A stretch of DNA of 64,000 bases, from assembly GCF_018977255.1 (NCBI RefSeq), contig NW_024704767.1:7130001-7194000 (forward strand), in the 5' to 3' direction. The notes beneath the pieces were generated by a model, which saw only the letters and a list, made by a program, of their open reading frames with translations, was not told the origin of the DNA and ran no database searches. Source of the stretch: Callorhinchus milii. Taxonomy: Eukaryota. Every line of letters begins with the position of its first letter. Position 1 is the stretch's first letter. Below, piece by piece: positions 1 through 13,913 of the stretch. Position numbers and translations under genes: made by a program.

Positions 1-3000
1 AGCAGCAAATTGCATACAACAGCGTCCCACAAACAGTTATGGATTATTCCAAAGAGTGACAAGTCTGAGAATGAAATACAAAGGTTACAAGGAGCATTTG
101 TATTTTGAAATGTTTAAGAGCATTCAAGCTGAGCAACTGAGAGTTTTACAAATGCAATGACAATCTCTGTTTGTGCGTGCTCTCTCTTCAACCTCCACCC
201 CCTTCCCCCGGTGAGGGTAGAAATTCCACTCTCCTCTATGTGTTTGTGTATATGTCTCTTTGTATTTTGAATAAAGTGAAAAAATGCAGCAAAATGTACC
301 TCAATAGCACCAATCAACCCCCATCCCCACCCACCCCACAATTCTCTGCAAAATTTGCCCAATCTCCCCGCAATTTCACACAGAATTGCAAATTTCTTCA
401 CAATTTTTGGCAAATATTTTTGCACGTTTCTATTGGCCCAGCCTATCAGCCAGAATACATAGGGGGGAAAATCAATAAAGCTGCTAATCTGCTGCCCTTC
501 ACATTGTGTTCGTCTTCATCATCTCTCCTCAATGATCCGTTAAGTTTTGCTTTGAAAAGATATTGTTTTCTGCATGATTTCCATACAACAGACTGGTGCT
601 CTCAAATGTACTGTATGGTGTCTAAAAATTCCCAATTGTCAGCTGAAATTGATGCTTTACTTAAGGTTTTATGTTTTAATAATTGAGTATCCATTTTTAG
701 CAACTCATGTCTCCACAGATTGTTTCCAGAGTGAGGTTGGCATTGCTGCTTTTTCCTATTCGAATCCCTCAAGGAAGTACACTAGGTTAAGTACCTCAAA
801 AGCTACTTTCAGTTTGAGAAAGCTGGGTCATGTGTGAGTCTGCTCCATCATGCTTTGCACTCACTGTGAAGCAATAAAAATCCTTTACAAATTGGTGTGC
901 AATTTGTTTATCAGAAAGCAGATTTTAGAAGCGTGAAATGGACACTTTCCTCTGCAGATACAATGTAGAATACATTAGTAATTAAACAATACCATGCAAG
1001 ATAAAGGCAAAAAACATTTTAATGATATATTTAATAAAACACTAACCAATTGGTATTAGTATCTGGCATGCCTAAGTTCAACTTGTGGGAAATGCAATTG
1101 CATTATCATTTACAAAAAAATGGAGTCATCCATGCTTGTAAAGCAGCAAATGAGTCATTTAGAATCATGGAATCAAAACATGTCACAGCACAGAATTTGG
1201 CCCATCACATCTACACTGATGTTCCTTTTTCATGAGTCACCTTCTCTAATCCAACTCTCCTGCTCACTGACAATAGCCTTTATTCTTGAGCTCAACAACT
1301 TTTCACAAAATCTTTGCTAGAAATCAAGTCCAATAGGATATACACAGAGGGAAGAGAGGGAATGCTTTTAATTGGATCAATGGATGTGAATTAAACAAGC
1401 TGCCTGTCTTTGTCGGATAAGATACAGACAGCTGGTGATCTACATGATCCCAAAGCTTGTATAATACACATCGGCTGTTCTAAATAGGGTTAATTATTGT
1501 TTGTTGAGGAAGAGAGCTGAGATTGCAATGAGATTTTCAAACTGTGATTGACATTGTTGCATTCCATGTTTCGAACGAGGGATGAATATTTCTCAATACC
1601 TTAATAATGTAGAATTCAGATTGATCTGGTGAATAATATCTTATATTGTGGTTGAATACCTTACTGGCATAACCAAAGCATATTTTTGTTCGACAGTCAA
1701 CATTGAATACGATTAGTTCTGCAATTTACATTATATTATTTAAATTGCAGAGTGAAACAACTAACTATTTTTACAGTTTACTTTGTTTGACAGTTTCTCT
1801 TTTTTAGGGTGTTTGTCTCCATCCCTGGGCCTCCCAACACCAGACACCTCCTGAGGTCTGCCAGTGTTGGTCTATAAAGTGCTGCCGGGTGGTGTACAAG
1901 GGTGGTCCAGAGTGGACGCTTTGCATTTAGTTTCTGATGGACTTTGGTTCAATCTCTGGTAATTTACCCAAGTTACTCCTGTATTATTCATGTGTGAGTC
2001 TTCTCAGTGAGTTTTGCCAGGTTATTCATCACAGCCAAGCCCAATCCTGTCTTTACCTGATGTCCAGCAGGGGTCCAGTTTCCAGCAGGGTCTCTGCATA
2101 ATGAGAGGGAACCCTGGCTGATTTTAGTTATTCTAAACAGGAGCAATGAGTCCTATTGTAACATCCAAACTGCTGTCCCAGCTAAAATCAACTCACTCAA
2201 CGCACACCAGGATTCAAACCGGCAACCTTTCACAACTGTATGGTCTGGTGTTGCTTTCTTTTCAATGCATGGCTGATTAAAAAAAATAGCTTGTTACGTG
2301 TGCTAACTTATTTTACTCTATTTCCTTGCTACCTAAATGCTAGTGGCATGATTTATTTAAGCCCACCTCAGAAATAATTCATCGTGTATTCTTTTTTGCT
2401 CCAACCATTTCTGAAGCACCTCAGATAAATGTAGCTTATTGCTTTCATAACGGTTGAACAAGGACTCTCATTCACTAAAATCTTTCTGGATCTTTAGTCA
2501 ATCAATGCAAAGATCCATCTTAGTCTTATTATTATCAATTTAAGCAAATTTGTTAAGGGAAGTAGAGCCCCAAAGCCCCATCTGTATGGCTGCGACAATC
2601 TTTTGTTGTAAAGTAATTTGGAGCAATTTTGGAAGATTGATGAGCTTGAGCCAAAGCCCTGATCTTGCCTCGGGGATTAGGCAGGTAGCAATACTTGATC
2701 AATAACCCTCACACTGATCTATATCTTGCGCACAGATTAAAGCTTCTGTTTTTATCTTATATTTTAAAGCTTAACACAATATCACCAGAATTCAAATATT
2801 AAAAGTTTGTTTTTTAATATACTTCTTAATGTGCACCAAAAAATTAATCATTATCAGCTAATAGTCATTAGAAAGGAAGGTAGCAGCAGTCTCTGACCAA
2901 TGCAATTTATAACTCTTTAGGCTGTCACCCCATTACAACATTGCATTTTAAATAGGAAAGCTTTGAAAATTGGCAGTAGTTATGGATTATCTCTGCAAGA

Positions 3001-3344
3001 GATGGCCCAACATAATGAGAATTTGCATACCTATTCTTCCAAGGCATTTTAAAGAGGCACTGTTACTGAAAAGTACTGCAAATCTTTTCTCCTGTGTTTC
3101 CCAAATGTTTTGATGTGATGCTGCAATTTTTGTCAAGGTGCGTCCCTTTGCATCGGGAAAACTTTGTGGTGTTGTTTACACCCGATGTTGTCACACCAAA
3201 AGTGACTCTGAAATTCCATCTGTTCTCCTTCCACAGTCACTGAATTAGCAGGTCATTAAGCTGTCAAGCAGCCTTTCATTATCAATATATAAATAACAGT
3301 TCATTTGTTTTGCTGTTTGCTCAGAATCACAGAAATGTGTGTCA

Positions 3345-3560
3345 GACTAGCACAGTCGTACCACTCTCGCCTCTGAGTCACAAGGTTGTGGCTTCAAGCC
3401 ACTACATCGAGACTTAAACTAATATAGAATCTGACACTCCAATGCAGTGCTAGGGGTGTCTAATATTGTCAGAAGGACAGTCCTTCTGATGAGACATTAA
3501 ACCCATATCCCGTCTGCTTGTTCAGATGGACATTAAAGATCACACGGCACTATTCAACAA
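3345..3560 (+). mobile_element. Older tRNA-derived Deu-type SINE (second family)
   Basis: CTCGCCTCTGAGTCACAAGGTTGTGGCTTCAAG...GATGAGACATTAAACC. Related copies lie at approximately 3670-4070(-), 29570-29840(-), 40620-40790(+), 50790-51040(+) and 60775-60945(-). Confidence 0.7.
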
Positions 3561-4806
3561 AAGTTTTTTTTATTAAAAAAAAACTTTGTATACTTGATAA
3601 TGAAAACACCAGCTGAATATTGGTGGACTGAATGGCTTGTTTCTTAGCTGTGACTTCTATGAATCTATGCATTTGATGTAGCACCCAGAACTTCATAATA
3701 TCTCAAAGTAGTTCACAGGTAATTGCTGTAAAGTGCAGTGAATATGTATTTATAGGCAGACAAATTGCACATTTGTCTCACAAACTGACAGGAACACAAT
3801 GACCAATTTATCTGGAGGACGGTTAGCCAGGACACTGGGAGAAGCTCCCTTTTCCTTTACAGATAATGCAGTAGGATCTTTGACATTCATGTGAACAGCC
3901 AGACATTGCTAATATCTCATCCAAATGATCGCACTCCCAGCAAAGTAACTTTCCCTCAGCACTCCTGTAGAATCTGAGCCTGGACTGTAGTTCAAGTCCC
4001 GATGAGGGGCATGAATGCATAGCCTTATAATCCAGAGGCAATGAGTGCTACCAACTAAGATAACTGACACCCTGAACCTTGAACTGAGATTATTTTATTC
4101 CTCATTTGTTCCGAGTTAGGTCACAGGTGGGGCAGCAGTTGTGGTGCTACTATTGTACTCCTAGTCCCTGGGTAAGGAACAGGAAAATCATCTTGAGTTC
4201 CGACTTCTGATTGTCATCCAACAACTCCTGATGGTACATTCAAAATAGCCTAAGACTGAATACTCTAGACTGAATCCTTTCACTATGTTGAACAACAAAG
4301 TATAATGACCATGTATAGTACAAAGTGGAGGAGAAAATATCAATCTATTATTATTTAAGCTCTTGAAATATTAACTAATCCCATTTCATAAATGTCCAGG
4401 TTACCAAACATTATGAGTTGCGCTTTGGTTTTGTAGAACTATGAATACTAGATGATGTCTGGAGTAGAATTGCTATTTTATTCAGCAAATCTACTAAGTA
4501 GATTTTTGTTCACATCAGTGAAGAATAAGTAAACGGTCGCATGTTGTGGGCATGATTTCCATCCACAAAGAAGTACAATAAAAAGGATGCTGTCACTTTA
4601 AATATAAGACTGCTGATGGGTGGGTTTAGACACCAGGGGCGCAATGTGACTCATAGCTGAGACCTTTCATGTCATGAGTGGCACAAATAGAAAGAGCGAG
4701 AGATCAGCTGGAAGCTGTGTCTGAGAGGAGCCAGTGATCAGGAACTGCTTCACTCTACACCTACAAGCACAGTATCTAGGATTTACGACAGCAGCAGCCA
4801 TACAAG

Positions 4807-7800
4807 ATGCCCAACTTTGCTGGCACTTGGAAAATGAAGAGCAGTGAGAATTTCGATGAGATGTTGAAAGTATTAGGTAAGATTTTCTTTCTTTTCCTAA
4901 TGATTCCAATTTATTTCTGTTTGCTGCTGCTGAAGTTTACTGCATTGATCCATCCACTTCAAGATCACTGTTGTTTTTTGAATAAATGAGTGAGACATTG
5001 GCTCATTTGCTTTGTTTCATCTTTGAACATTATTTTTTATTTCTACAATGAAAAGCACACTAGGATTTTATCAAAAAATGAAACATTGCACAAACACTGT
5101 ATAGTTAAATAAACTCTTATTTATAGCTCTTTAAATTCTGCTTTATAATATCAAATATCAAAATGGTGCAGAAAATCATTATTAAAAATTACAAAATACC
5201 ATATAAATATAAATTGCAATTCATAACATGCCTTTGTAATGATTCATGTGTTTCGTGGAGATCTTCGCATTTAATACAAAGTGTAATCCAACTAACAAAA
5301 ACAGATTGTTGGGATGGCTTATAAATATGTTAAATCATAAAAAAAATTAAAAGGATTAAGGTCTCAAGGCAAAATAGCTGGTGCCTTTAGTGTGTTATTG
5401 TGAATAATGCAATTACCCTGGTTATTCTTAGCATCATTTAATTGACGTTGTCTTGTAAATTATGAAGTGCATCAATTTTTGCAAAAAAATCTTGTTTTTT
5501 GCTTGAGATCAAAACATAAAAATACAAGGTAGAGACAAATACAATGAAAATAAATGCAATTTGTAATTGTGTCTTAGCTCAGTGATGCATACCTCTCATC
5601 TGGTGATATTGTGAATGCCACTGACTGTTTAGTTACATTCTGGAGCTAAAGATAGTGTCTAATTTGTTCAATAAATGTAATGAGCTTTGCTGTGTTCTGT
5701 TCAGGCGTGAATGCTATGCTGAGGACAGTGGCTGTGGCTGCTGCATCCAAACCTTTGGTGGAGATCAAGCAGGATGGAGACCAGTTTTACATCAAAACTT
5801 CAACCACAGTCAGAACAACTGAAATCAATTTTAAAGTCGGAGAGGAGTTTCAAGAAGAAACAGTGGATGGGAGAAAATGCAAGGCAAGAAAACGATAAGA
5901 TACTTTGATGGTTTACATAGGGGTTTATATCTTATTGCATTTAAATAAGTAGGAAATTAAGGTGTTCACAATGATGTACAGTACAACTATTGCATTTAAA
6001 CAGAATAAAATAGGAGACAAAAGGCAAGGATATCTGGTGATGAAAGTATATTGTAATGAGATAATACAATAATAAGATGCAACGAATAGATAAATAAGTA
6101 ACTCACACGGGCAACAGTAAAAGTGAATAGTTAGCTATTCCATCATTTGTAATGTATTATGTGGTTATTCATGTCAAATTAAATTAACATCTATCAATTA
6201 TAACACAGACAACTCACTCCCCAACGTCTGAGCAACTCTTAAACTTGCAGATTAAAGTAGACATTCATTTAACATTGAGTGCAAAGCCACATAGATAAAA
6301 GAAGTGATTCTCTAAAGGTTCGTAAATTTACAGACCCTTACCTTGGCAGGCGAAAGCTTCTTACTCCTGCTGTTCTCTAAATTTACAGACCTTGTCAGTG
6401 TGAGTTTATAATGGGAAAATCCCATTATAAGCTCACACCACCAAGGTCTGTAAATTGCAGACTGGCAGGGAATAAGATGTTCTTGACTGCCAAGATCAGT
6501 AAATTTACTGACAATCAGAGAATCACTCTTTAAACCTTGATAGACTCCGGCACTCGTGCTTAATCACAGTGCTGAGTGGAATTAAATGTGCTTTGTTATG
6601 TATCTGACATTTTTCAAAAACCTATTCACACAAGATGTTAGCTTAAAAATAGAGGAGAAATCCCCACTCCCACCCCCCACCCCAAACACATGCTCACATA
6701 TACAAACAGATTCACAAAAACATTATGCACTTGAAGGTGCTAACTGCTAAATTATCCAAGGGGAAACATTCACTCTAGTGGCTCAATTTCAGGATTTGCA
6801 TTAAATATTAATAGTTACAAAGATTAACTTTAATGATTTATTTATTATTTAATACATATGTAATGCTATTTTATTATTTATTTATCTATTTCTGTTAGTT
6901 GTTTTTGAATACTTTAGTTCGAGCAAAGAGTGTAGATGATTGCTTGTTTGGTGCAACACTGCAAAGCAGCCAAATGAGCCTTAGTTGACACAATGATTAA
7001 CTTTCGCTTTAGTGATCTCAGCATTAGACTTTTAACCATTGATGAGCTTTTCACAGTATTTGGTAAATCACAGTCCCTCATCAGCACATGAGTGGCAGGG
7101 AGTAAGCTTATTAAAAAGTCCAGATGGACTGTGGAGCCAAGCTTGAGAAGGTTTAGCAGATATCTGAACCTGAGATGAGATTTGGATCTATACCAAATTT
7201 TTAATGTATACTTCACAATTATTTCCAGGTGAGTTATTTAATGTTTCCTAAGACTCTTTATCTATCAGTGAGCATCAGGCAGAAACATTCAATTTCCAAG
7301 ATGCTCCATGCGTTTGTAAGAACAATCTTCCGAAAGGATTAATATTTAGCTCTAAGATAATTAAATGACAGTTGTCATTGATTACCAGCAAAAACACAAA
7401 CGGTGAATGCTACAAACAAGTTAAAGTTAATCAAAATTTGTTTTCTTAGCCTGAATTTTAAAAGTTCACTGACAAAGAGACTTTCCCTTTACTATCTCCT
7501 ATAAAATGTACTTGAATAAAGATACACTTGGATAACTGCAAAGACAAGTAAGTTGTTCAGTATAATGAATGTTCATCACAGTATTTATTCAGTGTTCTTT
7601 AGTTTCCTTAACCTTAGTGTAATTTTACATCAAAACATTGTACCATATCTTGCCTGCTGTCTTGTTGGATAGAGAGCTTTATATTTAGTATAAATCATAC
7701 TATGTCAAAATTAAACCAATCAAATCAGTTGTGTGCATTTTAGCAATTGGCAGTTGCAGTTGAACTCAAGATAAAAATCCCAAGGATGTTTTTTCTCCCT

Positions 7801-9319
7801 CATTGAATTGACTTAGAATGGGGGCAGAATTCCCAGAGCTGGTGGTTACATGCATCAGTAAAAGTACAAAAAGTACATTTTTGATCTAGAGACACTTGCA
7901 TTTTATCCTTCCAAGAAACCCTTCCCAGGGTTAACACAATACAACAGCGCTCAGACTCTGAGTGGAGCAAACTAGTCGCTTTCAGAGATGCCATGGGTGG
8001 TGTTCCTAAAAAAAAGTTTAGGAATGCATTTACGAATCCTGCAAGTTTTACTCCATGTTGTAGTTTATCCTGCCACCACTATAATAATAATAATAATCCT
8101 TGCATTTGATATAGCATCTTACCACATCGGTGAGATGTCGTAAAGCACTTCACAGAATATATTGTAAAGTGGATTGACTGTGTATTTTGTGGGTGAAATA
8201 AGCTATGGCTTATTGCGATGCTCATTGTGTTTCTTGCAGAGTTTGCCCAGCTGGGAAAGTGAGAACAAGATCTACTGCAAGCAAACTCTTCTTAACGGAG
8301 ATGGACCCAAAACACATTGGACACGAGAGTTAGTGAACAGTCAATTGATCCTGGTAGGAGATTCTGATATTATTCTGATTAACCCAATTCCCAGAGTAAA
8401 TAACATTAATTTAAAGAAAGCAAAGACCGAAAAGGGAATAAATATTTTTCGTTCAGATTAATACACTCATTCCTGTATCATATTAAAATAGAAATGTATC
8501 ACTTACTTTTCTTGTTAAGATAGTATTAACGTGCATCTGAGTGTTTATCTATAACTCATTTCTTTGTAACAACCTCAAGTGCTAGACTTTAGTTTCCAAT
8601 AGTTGTTTTAAAACTAACCTCTACACACCAGAATATTTTGACTTTCAATTTAAAGATTCTTCAACGCCTAAACTTTTATAATCTTGCATGTTTCTTTTCA
8701 ATCGTTTTCTGCCCTCTTTTAATTGTGCCAGCTAGAAAAAGCAATTCAAAGAGTTTGCAAAGAGATTCAGCCAAGGACACGAGAAGGATAGTGTTCTTGC
8801 TGTTTGGCCTAACGGTAACTTTAATAATCGTCAGCTCCTACTCATGTACTGAGGGGGAAAATATCTTAATTGTGGGGCATGTAGTGGTAGATGTGACAAG
8901 ATATTTCACTCACATAATATACAGTCAATTCACTTTACAGTATATTCTGTGAAGTGCTTTGAGATGTCTCGAAGACGTGATAAGGCGCTATATCAAATGC
9001 AAGGATTATTATGTATTTATTATTATGATAAGAGAGATTTGGATGAAGAAAGTCTTTAGGCCCCAATTATCTCATCATTCCAGAATACCAACCAACTCAA
9101 AGCTTATCTCATTGCACCATCAAGCTTGTTCAGTTCTGGATCCTTCCTATGTTGTTCCTTTCAACATTTAAATTTAATACAAACTTTGTATTGCATGTTT
9201 TTATTTAGAAACACTGGAGTCAGTTGGGACCAATGGTAAAAATGTACCTTTCTTTTAAAAAATTCCAGACTCTGGTTGCTGATGATGTTGTCTGCACTCG
9301 AGTGTACGTCAAGGAGTGA
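4807..9319 (+). CDS. CRABP1: Cellular retinoic acid-binding protein 1 (4 coding exons, 137 aa)
   Basis: Exons 4807-4876, 5705-5883, 8240-8353, 9269-9319 (70+179+114+51=414 nt) splice in frame to [30 protein letters not shown]...[19 protein letters not shown]...[31 protein letters not shown]. Retinoic-acid-binding R/R/Y residues (WTRE, TRVY) are present. The 137-aa length and IREB2 neighbourhood favour CRABP1 over CRABP2. Intron 2 donor is GC. Confidence 0.95.
6298..6531. repeat. About 230-bp imperfect palindrome (MITE-like hairpin) in CRABP1 intron 2
   Basis: Centre GTGTGAGTTTATAATGGGA-AAA-TCCCATTATAAGCTCACAC; flanking AATTTACAGACCTTG/CAAGGTCTGTAAATT; termini AGTGATTCTCT/AGAGAATCACT. Confidence 0.85.
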
Positions 9320-12300
9320 GAACACCGACTTGCCATTTTAATTAAGGGAATTTGGTTTAAAAAAATGGATTAGCTCCCGATTCGTATCTTCACCACAGTA
9401 TGTGATGGTGTATCAGTGTGACCAACACCTAACAGCCACATTCCAAGTTTACGTTTTAGCATTTCTTTGGATGTAGATTGATCTCTTTGATGTCTGTAAT
9501 AGTGTAGATGTAGATCATCAAAGATTTTTTTAATGTGTAATACTTTCAATTGAATTGTACACTGTACTTTGTACCTGTAGAATCACCAAGCCTGTAACTG
9601 TACCTAAGAATTTCTTAGTTATTAAATTGTTGGGTGCATTTCCGTTTTATTTCTTTGTGGTCGATTTCTATCAAAGCTATTGTCTTTGGGAAGAGCATAA
9701 TTAAGTGACTCCAGAATATCGGTCTAATCTTTCAACGTACATGATACAGTCCTGTCCGTTTGAATTCCATCAGTGATATTTCCTTGTGCCGGGAGTAAAC
9801 ACACTAACATATTCCACTGGGTACTTAAATATCTCTCTTGTTTTATGCTCTAGTCTCAATCTTATTCCCAGAATATATTTCTTGTTTAAAATGTGTTAAT
9901 CAACAATGCAGTTGTTCCATTTGAGGAAAAAATCTTCCATTCCTGTTAACTTGATGCTTTTCTCCCTAGTTGTAAGCTCATAGCAGCAGTTAATTTGTCT
10001 GCTTACATCTGCACGATTCACATCTCTCATTAGATGTAGTCATCTCAATGTTTTTTTTTCTAATGAAAAGTCTCTTTATAACTTAAGAATCCAAATTCTG
10101 GTAATTTTTCTCAGAAATGTCTCAGAATGCATCAATGGCCTTGCCTCAATTTTTTGAAGATTAGATGCCCCAAATTGCTCACATACTTCAAATAGGGCCT
10201 TGCGGGCGAAAGCTGTAGAAAGCTGAAAATAGCTGATTTTGACTTGTACTCTATTTAAATACATGTGTGCACAGTGCAGCAACTTGGGTCATGCCACAGA
10301 AATGTGATCTGGATAATATAAATTGGAACATTTTTATGGAACATCAAAATTTCCTGCGAAACATGGTCCTACAAGAATATAGTGAAATAAATTAACCATT
10401 AACATGTTCCAATTTACAAGTCAATGTTGATACACTCTGCTCTTGGGCTTAAAACGTGCAACTCATTTCTGGACTGTGATCTGTACATTTCAACATTTTC
10501 TACTTGTTAAACACACTACACCTACTCTGATTTGATTTTAATATTCTCTTCTCAGCTGCAATGTTTAGTTAAAGAACATACAGACAATTGGAATTAATTT
10601 TATGAATTATTACAGACCTTGCCGAGTAAAGGACTCCTCTCCATCATATTCATATCGAGAATTGCTTATTTATTACACAGAGAAAGTTCAGAGATAACAC
10701 TCCTGAAACAAGTAAACATATTTTATAATCAGATCATGTAATGGGATATAAACATGAGCTTAATGGCAGGGCATGTACGGTTCACATTTCGCTATGCAAC
10801 ATATTAACCTGGCATAAGGTGTGTGGATTGTGGCGAAAGATTGAATAAATATCATACTATTTGTTATGGCTATTGAGGAGATGGAACAGCATTTTAAGGA
10901 TATAGGTTATACATAAAAATAACAAATAAGAGAATGGTCAGAATAGAACCATTCAAACACAGTCTGTCTATTTTAAAGCATTGCAGAAGGATGCAAAATC
11001 CATATAAGTGTCTTGTTTCAGCCATTACCCTTTCAGCTACTACGCCCTAAAACTCTGGAACACTCTCCCTCAATCCCTCCGCCTTACCTCTCTCACCCCT
11101 TTTTCAAGTCCCGCCTAAAACATTCCTCTTCGACCACTTATGGTCACCTCCGCCCCCTGCCCCCCACTCCGGTTCAGAGTGAGGCTCCACCACTCTTAAG
11201 CTCTCTGAAACCCTACCCTGTGTGGAGGGTGATATTTAAGTGCAAATTGTTAAGGTTTGTGTGTGTATTGAACATTCTTCTGAGACATTCACAACAAGTG
11301 GAGGTGCAGTATGATTGAGAATACATCAGAAGGCTTGAGTTGGAAGAACAGTGCAACATTCCCATTCAAACATCTTTAGGGTCTTTAGACATTTCAAACA
11401 CCCGCTGGGAGGCCCACTTTGCCAACAATAATAAAGTGCAAGGCAAGGGATTGGCACATTGAAGAAATCTGCTGATTCCACAGAACAAGAGAGAAACTAT
11501 TCACTTCGGCCACAATGAGTTAGATTTCTTTTCAGCTTCACTCTCAACCCACTGGCTTGTACTCTCCCAAGTGGCCCACTGTCCCAAACAGATAGAGGAT
11601 GAAACCATGTCTGGAATGGTAACTTAAAATGATCTGAAACTACATGCTGAGATCCTGAAACTACATTCTGAACAACTGGTACATTCTGTGTACAATTCCT
11701 TTTATTATGTTGATTCTTTACACTTTATATTATTTTAGTAATTTATTCCGTAGAATTAAAGAATTATAATTAGCAATATTATGCTTGCATAATTTATATT
11801 TTGCCTCAGAAGGATGAGATTGAGAATGGAGTATCCTGGTTTTCTATTTTCCAACACAGTCTGTTTGTGCCTCCGGGAAATCAGCACATCCTACACAAAC
11901 TCAAGAGAAGTTAATTTTGGGTACAGCTGTAGGAAGTAATGATAATTCTTGCGTTTGATACAGAGTCTTATCAAGTGGTCGAGACATCTCAAAGATACAC
12001 TGTAAAGTGATTGACTGTGTGCTTTGTGGGTGAAACACAGCAGCCAGTTTGTGCCCAACAGTGTCCCACAAACAGGCATGGATCAAGGTTGTCTGCTTAG
12101 AAGATAACTTGCTACTGGGACATTTGATAAGCTGAAATCAGATGCAAAAACACAGGGCAATAAACAGTCCTGTTCAATATGTATTGTGTTGGTTTTCACA
12201 GTCACAGAATCAGTTAACAAGCTTGTTAAGGTACCAGTTAAGGTAGTGGATGCTAGCAACTTTTTAATACTTTTCCTAAAAAATCTGGCATCTATTCTCT

Positions 12301-13913
12301 TAAATATATTTACACTACTCTCCCATCTTTACAACCTAAATTAGGTCCTGAAAGCTACCCAGCGTTATGGCAGAATGTAAATCCCGCATGTTAACACTGT
12401 TCCTAAGTGTCATGTATAATAATTACCGGTGGGAGATACACAGGTTGTGTTCTCATTCAACACAATTTGGAATCATGTTAATCGACAGAATAACATAAAA
12501 TTGGCAAGTCATAAGGGAGATTAACAATGATTCCTATGTTGCATTCTGGTGAAATTACATCCAGCAAAAACCAGAAGCATGACACAAAATTGAATGAGAG
12601 TTTTTTTGAATTAACTCTGTCCAGTTATGTAAATCAAGATCTGCACAATAGGTTTATTGTTCCAAAGGCTTAGCTTAGGGGAAATTCTATAACCAAAGCA
12701 GATATTTTGCACTAAGTTTATGACTTCAGTCATAGGTCATGAACCTAAAACATGAATCACTTTCAGTTGGCAAGTTCTTATTTTTGCATTTGAAGAATCA
12801 AAGTTTTAATTACTGTGCACCAAAATGTGCTCAGTACCATCCAATTTTATGTCACGAGGAGTAGGGTGGAGTTTAGACAATTCATCAATTTGAACCAAGT
12901 ACTGTTCCATTCTATTCAGACAGGTTTGCAAATCTTCACTTTGCCTTTATAAAATATACAATGCGATTTTAAAACACGCACAGTCTTATATTATAAATGT
13001 AAAATTCAATTTGATGCACACAATCATTAACGATAAATTTACTATGAATTCTAAGTAAGGGTCAAATTTATAAAAGTGACAAACAGAATAGCCATCAGCT
13101 TGCGTTAACGAATGTTCTACTTTGAACACGAAGAATGAAATAACATCTATTGTTCCAAAAGATATTGCTCTATATAACTGAAAGGATGTTAGTTCAATTT
13201 ACCACCAAGAAAATGTATTGTGTACTTGTTAGTACTGAATTTTTTCCCAGGGTCAGGTGGCTTCCAATCAGCTCTCCAGCCAAATTGCCCATCCATGTTA
13301 AACTCAATAAGATCCTCTCTAAAGCAAACAACCCAGGAACACCCAAGTGAAAGACAATGCTATTAGGATATTAAAGGGAAGATTTTTGCTTTTGTTGAAC
13401 TACTGAGTTATAAGAATGCTTCTGTTTCTAGTAATTCTTTGAATATGTGTTTGCAATTCATCATTTGTGTGATGCGAACCATATTTGTACATTACTATGT
13501 TACAAATGGAATAATTACTCCATTACAAATGGAGTATTAAGCCAACATTTAGTGAGAAACATCCGAACTCCACTTCAGAGAGTTAAAAAAATTAAATTGG
13601 AAAGATTGGCGTGGTGAGAATGATAAATTGTGGAAAAAATTAAATATCCTCTCTGACATGAAAGGAAGAAATCTTACTTGATGGATGGGTGCCTGTGAGG
13701 ATACATTAAAATACAAGGCTCATTATAGAGAACAATCACTGTGCCTCCGGGGATACTTGTAAATGATGGCCACTCGTAGAGTATTTATTTCTGACACAGT
13801 TCGAGGGCCTCACACTGAGTTCTTTGTTTCAGTTCGTCGACCTTCAGTTCTTCACGGTTGCACATAACCGCCTGCCTAGACTGGTGGGAGTTACTGCAAT
13901 TATTTTGTAAATC

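Noticed and set aside
114-837. 171-aa and overlapping ORFs at the window start
   Set aside because: No recognisable protein features, non-ATG starts and no convincing splice pattern.
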